Shown here: one piece after another, positions 51,095 through 59,977 of the stretch
Position numbering within the stretch: the first letter of the stretch is position 1
How the letters are laid out: the number at the start of each line of letters is the position of its first letter
Assembly: GCA_019828565.1 (NCBI GenBank)
Contig: JAHDYR010000062.1
Coordinates: 878,421 to 942,420, forward strand
Reading direction: 5' to 3'
Origin: Carpediemonas membranifera BICM
Lineage: Eukaryota > Protista > Fornicata
DNA length: 64,000 nt
Notes under the pieces: generated by a model
Told to the model about the DNA's origin: nothing
Databases searched by the model: none
The model's input: only the letters and a program-made list of their open reading frames with translations
Program-made: the position numbers and the translations under genes

Positions 51095-51952
51095 ATGAAC
51101 CAAACGGGGAAAGAATCTTGGACAGAGGATACTCTTGCAGCCCATAAGGCTTATATACAGTACGTAAGACTTTCTGATAAGTCAGACATCATCCCCAGTG
51201 TCCGTACGTTTTTTTAAGCAGGACGTTGCCACGAGAGGAGTTGATGACATCGATCATCGCTTCTTCATGTTTGTTCACCCAGTGTTGCCCAGGTATTTAC
51301 CCAGATTGGTTGCGATTCGTGACTGCAAGACTGATTCCATCATTTCGGCCTTGTTGCTCACGAAGGAGTCATACAACACCGAAGCTACTGATGAAACCCC
51401 TTCCGAGCTGCGCCAGGACTTATATGTTGTGGTTATTCGCACGGCATTCTATGCCAGGGGCAATGGTCTCGCCACGATTCTTCTTTTCGGTTGCCTCTGC
51501 CGGACAGAGGATCCGCCTGCAGTGTGTAAGTTCTCTTGTGCCAGCCTACCAGCGTATGGGGATGTCCATCTCCAAGCAAAAAGTCCACGATGGAGTACCT
51601 GGATGATGCGAAACTGGTGACCATGGAGGCAACATACGGCCCGAACAAGTGGACGAAGCTCGGTGAGAGTCTCGTTGCTTGCCATGGATATGCCATGAAG
51701 TCCTGGAGGGCTCCCCCGTCCGTCGACTACGGTACGGCTTTCACTTCTGTGGACCAGGTCCAGCCTCCCCCAAAGAGAACCCAAGCCACCCAACCCACCC
51801 TGCCCACCAAGCCCTCGGACAAGCTCAACCGCTACATTAAGCGTCTGAGGAAGAGTGTTACCCCGCACCCGACGCGCAAGAAGCAACGTGAGATAATCAT
51901 CGCCCTTTACGACAGCAACCGAAGGGATTTGGTCCAAAAAGATCGTGGATAA
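51095..51952 (+). CDS. GNAT-family acetyltransferase (frameshifted)
   Basis: Motif A LYVVVIRTAFYARGNGLATILL, then motif B IRLQCVSSLVPAYQRMGM in the adjacent frame; basic Pro-rich tail. Confidence 0.72.
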
Positions 51953-52075
51953 GAGATCAAAGATGTGTAAGGATTACCAGAAAGAGAACTATTTCGAGGA
52001 AGAGTGGTACCATCTGCTGTCTGAGAAGGAAGATGAGGAAGAGAATGAAGATTAAATGAAGAAGCAGTCGATTTA

Positions 52076-52763
52076 TTACTCATTTGAGTTGACGTTAGCT
52101 GCGTGGAAGAGCAGGAGGCTCGCGTAAACGGGTATACGCAGAACATCACGAGCCTCTGCAGCGGCACGGGCAGCGTTCCTCTTCTCAATCACAGCGGCGA
52201 GGTCCTTGAAGGTCTTCGAGTGCTTCTTGAGGACAAGCTGCGGACGCTCGAAGATGAGCTTAGAGTCCTTGCGGCACACACTCTCCAGAAGGACCTCTCT
52301 GACCTTGTCGACAGAGATACCAAGCCTCTGGGCGACGAAGGCGTAAGCGCGGGGGCGGACCGACTGAGGGATGCCGTGGAACAGCTCGCGGTACTCACGG
52401 ACAGTTGCCAAGAGAGGGCTGCCATGGTCGACCTCATCTCCTTCGGCGTCCAGGCTGATGAGGGCCCTGAAGCGCTTCTCCTTGGCCTCAGAAGACTCGC
52501 CCTTGTACTGCGCCATGATCTGCTCAATGCTATCGAGAGAACGGAACTCCGCTTCATCCCTAAGATCCTCCGGAACGAATGTGGGGAGGTCATTGGGGCG
52601 TCTGTCAACCACCCTCATTGCAAATGCGGTTTCCGGTGGCGACATCGGCAGCGGAGATGCTTCCAGCAGCGTGCTCCTTCTCTAAGTAAGTAGAAATCAT
52701 TTCCACAGCGTTTAGACGCTTTCTGCCCTTGCTCTTAGCAGTATTACTCCGTTTCGGAGGCAT
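52076..52763 (-). CDS. Hypothetical nuclear protein (MPPKRS...KGRKR start; possible helix-turn-helix)
   Basis: ATG at 52763 joins the 189-aa ORF through one indel; AFVAQRLGISVDKVREVL is HTH-like. Confidence 0.5.
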
Positions 52764-52777
52764 AACGTTTCTTCAAG

Positions 52778-53195
52778 GTGCACTTTATGCTCGCAACGAA
52801 ATTAGAAAACCAAACGAAGAAAGGAGAAGAGTATCGATCCTCAAACGCTGGCAAGCATGTGCATATCACTAAAAACAACATCATGAGAGCTCTGTGGCCT
52901 CGAATGGCCTGTAATAGAACCTAAAACAACATCAACAATTGTAACTCGTCGAGGAAGCGTTGAGATGAACTATAAACGCGGGAATGGATCAAACAATGGA
53001 TTTAAGAGTGGCATACAAGGCCAGAATACCGCAATTATCGTCCGTTGATCCACGTGACCTCCATCTTGGTCGGTATCCAGAGAAAGCCCTTCAGACGCTC
53101 GCAACACAACATTTAGAAGACTTATCGTGAATGGCTCCTTCCATGATGGACCTTCACCTGGACATGCCATCTCTGACATGTCCAATGGTCTCCAT
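52778..53195 (-). promoter_or_regulatory. Conserved non-coding block (homologue of 4593-5009)
   Basis: 66-bp core at 53019-53084 with a single mismatch to element A. Confidence 0.75.
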
Positions 53196-53294
53196 TGAGC
53201 TCGCATTCATCCCTCTGAGCATCCGCCCCATGGTCCAATCAGATGCCCAATCAAAATTCTGCACCGAAGTGCCCCGAGGACCTCCTCTGAGTTC

Positions 53295-53462
53295 ATAAGG
53301 CTCTCAGAGCCTTATACACCAATTCGAAATCGTGTATAAGGCTCTCAGAGCCTAATGAATCTCCCGCGCGCCGTTGCCTACTGATACTGGTCATTTTTCC
53401 GCATGGTTTATTAGGCTCTCAGAGCCTTATGAATTTTTTTCATTAGGTCCTGAGAGCCTTAT
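53295..53462. repeat. Four 21-bp palindromes, ATAAGGCTCTCAGAGCCTTAT
   Basis: Copies at 53295, 53336, 53410 and 53442, directly upstream of the ATG at 53468. Confidence 0.85.
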
Positions 53463-53467
53463 AATCA

Positions 53468-54842
53468 TGCAATCGGTTTTCGACTTCTACATGCTCTTGA
53501 AGCGTTCGAAAACGTTTGGTAAGCAGTTCTTTATCTTCTATGACAGCGCTGAGATCAGTCAGGCCTCATCAAACGCGCAGGAGATGATCAAGTGCTCACT
53601 TCTTCGTAAGTTCCTTCTGCCCGATGACAAGATCCTCACCGCCCTTCTTCGTGATCGTAAGTACTTTCCCCACACCTTTTTACACAGATATTGGCTGGAA
53701 AACGCTTCGCAAGCTCTTCAGGTCGCCTCACCTTATCCTGCACCTAAGAGAAACTGCCGAGGCTCAGCTTGAGCTGATCACGACATCGGCTGAGCTGAAG
53801 AAGGTCATGGGAGATCATGCCTACGACAGCCTTGTCCAGAAGGTCCGCCGAGAAGTGTCTTCGGATCACGAGCACGACGTTGGAGGTAAGTACTCCAAAT
53901 AACTCCTGCTTATTCAGTCCTTTCGCTGCTCCGTGAGCGCATAATGCGCAAGGTGAAGCCAGGAAGGTCGGGGGTCGTCCGTTCGTTCAAGAACAACGCC
54001 GAGCCTGAGCTGTCGGACCCGGTCGACGTGCAGTTCGACCGGATAAGGCACCTGGACGCGCTTCTGATGGACTCTCCCGTCCACAGAAGTACCCTGAGTG
54101 GCACATCGCGCCTCCTGCGCCGCCATCTTGCCGTGGAACACAACGGTGCGATCCGTGATTTGAAGAGGGAGCTTTGGCGAGCCCTGGCCAAGATTGAAAA
54201 GCTCGAGACGGAGAAGCTTGTGCCCTTGAAGAAGGAGGCTGAGGTCATAGACCTGGATCGGGAGGCTTTTGGTGGCCGCAGACCCCAAAGATGACGTCCA
54301 GACCATCATGGAGAAGACCGCTAAGAAGTTTAAGAACGATACAAGCTCTCTGAAGCGGTCTGAGGTGCCTGGGGATGGCTCATGCATTCTCAGCGCCATG
54401 CATCTCATCAGGACTGGGTCCCAGCCTACTGTTGGTGAGAAGCTTCAGCTGTACGAGGACATCCGATCCTTCTGTGAGGGCAAGGGGTTCGAGGGCGACC
54501 CGTTCTCTGAGATGCCTGGCTCCCCCTTTCCCCTGGGCAGACCATGAGGCCATCCAGGCCAGTGTAGAGCTGAGTCACACTCCGGTAATCATCACCCAGA
54601 TCGACGAGGACCTTACCTGCCTCTGGGTCCACAAAGGTTGGGAAGATTCAGAGTTCTTGCCCATCCAGGATGCGACGCTGGACAAGATCTTAGGTCTTTG
54701 TGAGAGCATGAAGCTCACTCAGTTCATCGTCATCGAGAATCGTCATGCCTGTGTCTACAGTCTTCCGGACCGCAAGCGCAAGGCAGCTGCCGCAGAGCCC
54801 GAGAAGCGTGCTACTCGTCCGGAGGATGTCACCCGCTCATAA
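53468..54842 (+). CDS. Coiled-coil protein with a C-terminal OTU-like protease; 32-nt intron at 53886-53917
   Basis: EVPGDGSCILSAM (Cys at 54383), PWADHEAIQA, VIENRHA (His at 54744). Removing GTAAGT...CAG joins two ORFs in frame. Confidence 0.78.
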
Positions 54843-54915
54843 ATGATTGATTGAATTGATATCTCTTCAAGTTTATTCACTCTTGCCTTGAGTCATGCGC
54901 GCAGTGTGGAAGCGC

Positions 54916-55704
54916 TTACGGGCGGGGTTGGACTTGGTCTTCCGCTTGCGGGGCTGCGGCTTGACCTGCAGTATTTTTGAACTGCTCCACCTTTCGAGCG
55001 AGGTAGTGAGGGTCATCTATGGCGAGACTCTTGAAGCGAGCAACCGGGTGCTCCTCTTCATCGGCCTCAAAGTAGGTCTCGCCATAATCGATGCGCAAGA
55101 ACTCGCCGCGAACGATGTTGGCAGTGGCCCTGACCGATATCACTGGCAGGCCATCCACCAAGACGTCCACGAACTCACAGTTGACATCGTCAGGGCTGTG
55201 GTTAATCAGGTGGACACCCGCTGCGGCCGACATGGCATCGACGGCGACCTGACTGTCAGCGAATGACATGCTGTGTAATGGTAATGGAATATGCGAAACA
55301 AACACCATCTGGCCGTTGTTGCTGGCCGTCTCAGCATCGGGAATCAGCTTCCCGAAGTATATGCCGAGACATGTGCCAGCTGAGATATCCTCAGTGGCAA
55401 TCATGCCTCGGCCGACGCTCTGCGTCCGATTGAGGGCCGGATGGTCGGGCTCCTGGGTCAGACGGGGGTCGCAACGGGTCTCGGATGAGATCCAGGCCGG
55501 AGCAGGAATGGCCTGAAGGCTTATCTCATCCGAAATCAGCCGCTTGACGTCCTGCAGGTCTGAACCCGGGTAGAACATGCGTCCACCTAGGGTGGACGTG
55601 CATGACGGACCCCTCGACGGAGTCCTCCTCGGCTTCAGACGAGCTGGATGAATGGGAAGGCGACTCGGGAGGCGGAGGAGGAGGAGAATCTTGCTCCTTA
55701 CCAT
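54916..55704 (-). CDS. SET-domain lysine methyltransferase (true start may lie upstream, to ~55930)
   Basis: GRGMIATEDI, GIYFG, VDA, LINHS, EFLRIDYG..YF. Confidence 0.92.
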   Translation of the reverse strand: MVRSKILLLLRLPSRLPIHPARLKPRRTPSRGPSCTSTLGGRMFYPGSDLQDVKRLISDEISLQAIPAPAWISSETRCDPRLTQEPDHPALNRTQSVGRGMIATEDISAGTCLGIYFGKLIPDAETASNNGQMVFVSHIPLPLHSMSFADSQVAVDAMSAAAGVHLINHSPDDVNCEFVDVLVDGLPVISVRATANIVRGEFLRIDYGETYFEADEEEHPVARFKSLAIDDPHYLARKVEQFKNTAGQAAAPQAEDQVQPRP

Positions 55705-56046
55705 CCTCGGGCGACTCGGGAGGCGGAGGAGGAGGTGATGCTGCCGTTACAGTCGTTTCCGCAGGACGTTGATCCTGCGGAGAAGCAGATGACTCAAAAA
55801 GTCTTGTTGGGTGGATTTTGAGTCCTTCTCTTACCTACCGGTTGCTGCTTCCTTGCGGGCATCTTTCTTCTCGCCATATCTTCGTTCTCTTTTTTTCTCG
55901 CAACTCCCGATCCGAAGAACAGGCGCATCGCTGATCAGATCCGAACAATACTGCAGTAGCATGCATAAATAGTGTAGCAATGAAGGTATACCTCTTTACT
56001 TGGATCAAAAAGCTTGTCCTTTGCTTCAAATCAAAATGTGCCATTC

Positions 56047-57077
56047 ATGAAAAAAAATGGCACATTGCAAATGGACGAGAAATACGGAGAATTCGGCACG
56101 CGACGCATCAGTAAGGACCAAGAAGTCTTTGAATGTGTCTGTGGTAAGGTTCAGCTCAGGCGTGGACATCGCGGGATCGGTTTCAAGTCTTCTTCCTCTC
56201 ACGAGTGTCCTTTTTACAACAGAGAAGTTGATTAACCGACGGGTGCTAATCACCATCGAGCCGCTGCATGGTTTCGAGACCCCGACTCAGCCCTACCCCG
56301 TCTTCCGCGTGGAAAGTCTTGCCAACTCATCTGGCTATCATTTCAAGCTCAAGACGGCTCTAGAGCTCGTTGATGATGAGTGGCTGACTGCCGTTGCCCG
56401 CACCTTTAAGTCTACGTCCCATCTGGCCGAGGTACTTGAGGAGTTGGCGTCGCAGTACTCTAACTTCGACACTTACTGGGTGATATCGGGTCATTCTGAT
56501 ACAGAAACGTCGCGTATGATCATTGATACGTCTACGAACGAGTTTCTGTATCACCATGATCTGGTCCAGCTCATCCTCAGGTCATTCGAGAGCCCTTCCT
56601 TGGTGAGATCGACGCGTGTGCGTCTGATTTACTTTTGCCACCTGCTCCGGACTCGACAGATCTGAGGAGTCTCAGCTGTGCAGTGCTATTTCGACAGCCA
56701 AGTACAAGAACACATGCATTATCCTCACTCCTGAGAAGGTTCTGGCGCATGAGCTTGTTCTCCAGGACGCCTATTGGCTCTACCGCGTGACATGCCTCGA
56801 CAATCCTCTTTTCTTTCTGACGAAGTACTTCTCTGGCTATCGTTTCGCGCCTGGCTCAGCAGGAAGACGGATTATAGCCAATGGTTCCTTGTCATTTCCC
56901 AACGAGGCCAGGGTCATCATGTCTGAGACTAGCTATGCCCGGCCCATTCCTCTTCCTGAAATGCAAGACATCGTTTCTGATGTCAACGAGTATGACCCGT
57001 TAAGAACCGACCAGAGAAGACTTATGAATGATCGATACATAAGCATGATGACCCGTGCGCTTGAGAGAGACGTGTAG
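56047..57077 (+). CDS. Clan CD (caspase/CHAT-like) cysteine peptidase-like protein (frameshifted)
   Basis: YWVISGHS (His at 56492); correcting the T-run at ~56635 gives VRLIYFATCSG, and that frame continues into the 56787-57077 ORF. Confidence 0.55.
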
Positions 57078-57120
57078 TAAACAGATATATATACAATTTA
57101 TGATCATCTCTCACTAAACA

Positions 57121-58359
57121 CTAAACAATCGGTCTCATGCCCTCTACTCGCTTATAGACAACCTTACATTTGCTGCAGAGGGGAACGATGTACAACTTGC
57201 CATCAATGGTGTACTGCACTTCCTCAGAGCAATGCTCACAGTACCACCAGTGACAGCCTCGGCAGCAAAGAAGAGTAGAAGCCTGTTCTTCTGCTTTCTT
57301 CGTGTTCTTGGATCTTAGGCCCTTTTTGCACGCCTGGCACTTGTTGCTAGAGCCGGTAATATAGCACGCGGGACAGTAGTCCTTCTTGCCCTTCGTCCTG
57401 ACACATTGCTCGTGCAGGAAACCTTTGCAAGCACAGCATCTCCTGAACGTAGTGCCGTCTGGATTGAAGAACCACTCGGGGGTACCACACACAAGACATC
57501 CAAATAGCATTTTGCGCTGATGAAGGCTAAGGAAAGTCGTCTTACATGTCTCGGGTTCGGTAGGCGGGTCTCTCACACGGGTCTCTGAGACAACGTCGTT
57601 GATCAGGACCTTAATACGGTCAACAACAGCATCGGACACGTTGTTAGACACCTGCTGCAGATCGTCGTCACCAAGCCTGGGTCGCTTGGCTTCCTCGTCG
57701 TCAAAGACGATCTTCTTCCGAACCGGCACCGATCGATCTGTCGTTGACTGAGGTGTGTCTGCTTCATCACCAACACCAAGTGAAGACAGTTGCGTAGTCG
57801 ACCGTATCGGTGGGATCTCTGCCTTGATCATCGTAGTCGGGGTCGATTTGACCGTTGCCTTTTGCTTGACAGGCTTATATCTCACCCGGTTGATCACAGG
57901 CAAGTTCTCAAGGCTGATTGAGTCGGAAACATCGTTCAGTCCAGCATCTGAGAGAACTTCTGAGAGCATCTGGCGGAACTCGGCATGGCAGGGCTGACTA
58001 CGGACAGCAATGTGCTGCATGACAGAGCCATTGTACTCCGCAGAGGGTCTAACTGCTGTTATAAACGTAGTAACGCCGACAACAGTCGTCCGCCTGACCT
58101 GTTCCCGGAGTTCAATTGACTTGAACCCAGGGCATTCGGCGGCGACCCTGCGCTGGACCTCCAGAAGTACCTTATGGATGTCGCGTGCACTCAAGCCGAG
58201 GTCAGTTGCCTCGTCGTCCTCAAATACTGAAGAAACAACGGCTGTAACAAATGAACGACGGAGATTTGCGAGCTTACTGTTGCCATACTGTCTGATGGGG
58301 GCGTAGCAGCAATAGGTTCTGGTACAGACACTTCTGAATTCATGAGAATTTCTATCCAA
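57121..58359 (-). CDS. PHD-finger plus second zinc-finger protein, homologue of 11210-12448
   Basis: CLVC...CCAC..FLHEQC...CPAC (C4HC3); CQAC, CRGCHWWYC, LCSKC; IDG...LC tail shared with family A. Confidence 0.85.
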   Translation of the reverse strand: MDRNSHEFRSVCTRTYCCYAPIRQYGNSKLANLRRSFVTAVVSSVFEDDEATDLGLSARDIHKVLLEVQRRVAAECPGFKSIELREQVRRTTVVGVTTFITAVRPSAEYNGSVMQHIAVRSQPCHAEFRQMLSEVLSDAGLNDVSDSISLENLPVINRVRYKPVKQKATVKSTPTTMIKAEIPPIRSTTQLSSLGVGDEADTPQSTTDRSVPVRKKIVFDDEEAKRPRLGDDDLQQVSNNVSDAVVDRIKVLINDVVSETRVRDPPTEPETCKTTFLSLHQRKMLFGCLVCGTPEWFFNPDGTTFRRCCACKGFLHEQCVRTKGKKDYCPACYITGSSNKCQACKKGLRSKNTKKAEEQASTLLCCRGCHWWYCEHCSEEVQYTIDGKLYIVPLCSKCKVVYKRVEGMRPIV

Positions 58360-58756
58360 GCTGTTTACGTTGTTACATTTGTCTATTTACGTAGACTCCT
58401 GGCATTGACAATACCTAAAACTGCGACATTTGTCGATCATGATTCGAGCAACTAGCCACCAAAAGGTAGAAACGGTAACGTCAGGGCTCGTGGAAGTTGC
58501 CAAAGTACAAGATTCTTACAAAATAATCCGAAAAACTGCTCAGGGCTTGCGAAAGGAAGAAGAAATCAACAAAAGGGTGAATGACACAGAGTTTCTGCTG
58601 CAAGAGATACGCGATTTGTTTATAGATGCCATACAGACGATGAGGGACAAGTAAAAATGACATTCACTAGCTTTGCTTCTCATTTCACATATTCTTGTGA
58701 AATATGTGAAATGTGAAACAGATTCTAGTGAATCTCATTTTTTCTTGCACTTTTTG

Positions 58757-58806
58757 GAGTATCTCCAGGGTATCTCCCGGGAGACTCTAGCCATTCTTAC
58801 AGTATG
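58757..58806 (-). repeat. Right TIR of element B
   Basis: Reverse complement of 47454-47503 with one mismatch. Confidence 0.95.
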
Positions 58807-58808
58807 GG

Positions 58809-59405
58809 ACGGAGGTCTACCTGCCGAATGGCGGCATAGGGGGCCTATATGGCCCTCCACGCGGGCAAATTGTCACTGAACAACCGCAAAGTAGCAGGAC
58901 AGAGCGAACAGAGCCCGGGCCCCCTCCAACTAAGAGCTGTGCCCCCCCCCATACCCCCAACCCATCAGCCAAGACCCGCCAGGTCAGACAGGTGGACCAA
59001 GAGGACCTGCAGCCCAAAAGAGCACGACAGGAGGACACCGACCTGGGCAGAGGCATAGCGGCCCTGCTGGACCAAGCCATGGCCCGGCGAGAAGCAGAGG
59101 TCAGACAATAGCTGGAAGAAGCTGCAGCCAGAACCATCAACGAGCTCAAGGCCAAAAGCCAGGAGCTGGAGGAAGAACGGGAAGCCCGGAGAGCAGCCCA
59201 AGCTGCGTTGGACGAGATGCGGAAGGACCTCAGGGAGACAACGGAGAAGTGCTCGTCTCTAACCGAAGAGAACGAGGACTTACTCAGCCGCGCGGCCCGA
59301 CTCTCGGCAACCAACGAAGCCCTCAGCTTCACCCTAGCAGCCAAGATGGATAACTTCAGGTCTGACCTGAGAAGGAAGAGAGGCGAGGAGAAGGAAGGAG
59401 AGTAG
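58809..59405 (+). CDS. C-terminal coiled-coil remainder of LINE-B ORF1 (one internal TAG)
   Basis: In frame with the ORF1 piece left of element B after excision, and with ORF 59208-59405. Confidence 0.7.
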
Positions 59406-59977
59406 AAACAATCATAAGTAAGAGGTGCAGAGGGTAGTGTGATATAAGTCTGAGCTAAAAGTGTATATATGAACCAGCATGTATGGCCAGGCTGTGACTA
59501 GTAGGGCCTTAAAGTCCAAATGGACACCGGCGAACCATTCCGGCGGGAGCAAAAATGCAACACATTCTTTTTCAACAAACCCCTGTGCCCCACAGGGGCC
59601 GGGGGCAGGGTTACCAAAAGGTAAAAAGAGCCCTGCCTGTCCGGCAGGCTGTAACTCCAGCCTTGGGAGGGGCAACAACCACTGTCGCTCCCACCTAAGC
59701 TCGTTAGGTAATGGTCCTGCCATGCGGCGAGGAAGGAAGCTAAGCGGAGACCGGCAGCAATGCCGACAAGCATCGTGAGGCCCCGACTGTGAAAGGGAAT
59801 GGTATGCCCTAGGCCGGGAACTAAGGGAATACAGGCACAAGCCTGCCCAAAAGGAAACGACTGCTCGGTTAGAGGCCTCAGCAACCCACCAAAAGGTACG
59901 CCCAAAAAGGGAATGTCTACAAAGAGCAGATTAGTGCGCGCAGGGTAACTCCCGCAGTTTATGTCAGAACAACCTGA

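Larger units (their letters stand above)
47454..58806 (+). mobile_element. Cargo-carrying DDE DNA transposon, family B, complete (11,353 bp)
   Basis: 50-bp TIRs with 1 mismatch, and GG on both flanks. Excising the element plus one GG restores the LINE-B ORF1 frame (MLHRR|TEVYLP). Confidence 0.95.

Noticed and set aside
52103-52693. Long antisense ORFs (also 39941-40747, 35064-35687, 61692-62693 and others)
   Set aside because: Shadows of GC-rich coding sequence on the opposite strand; no motifs recognised.
53295-53462. CRISPR-like array
   Set aside because: Spacing is irregular (20, 53, 11 bp), there are no cas genes, and the context is eukaryotic.
55659-55735. 26-bp direct repeat
   Set aside because: Simple low-complexity duplication in the N-terminal part of the SET gene.
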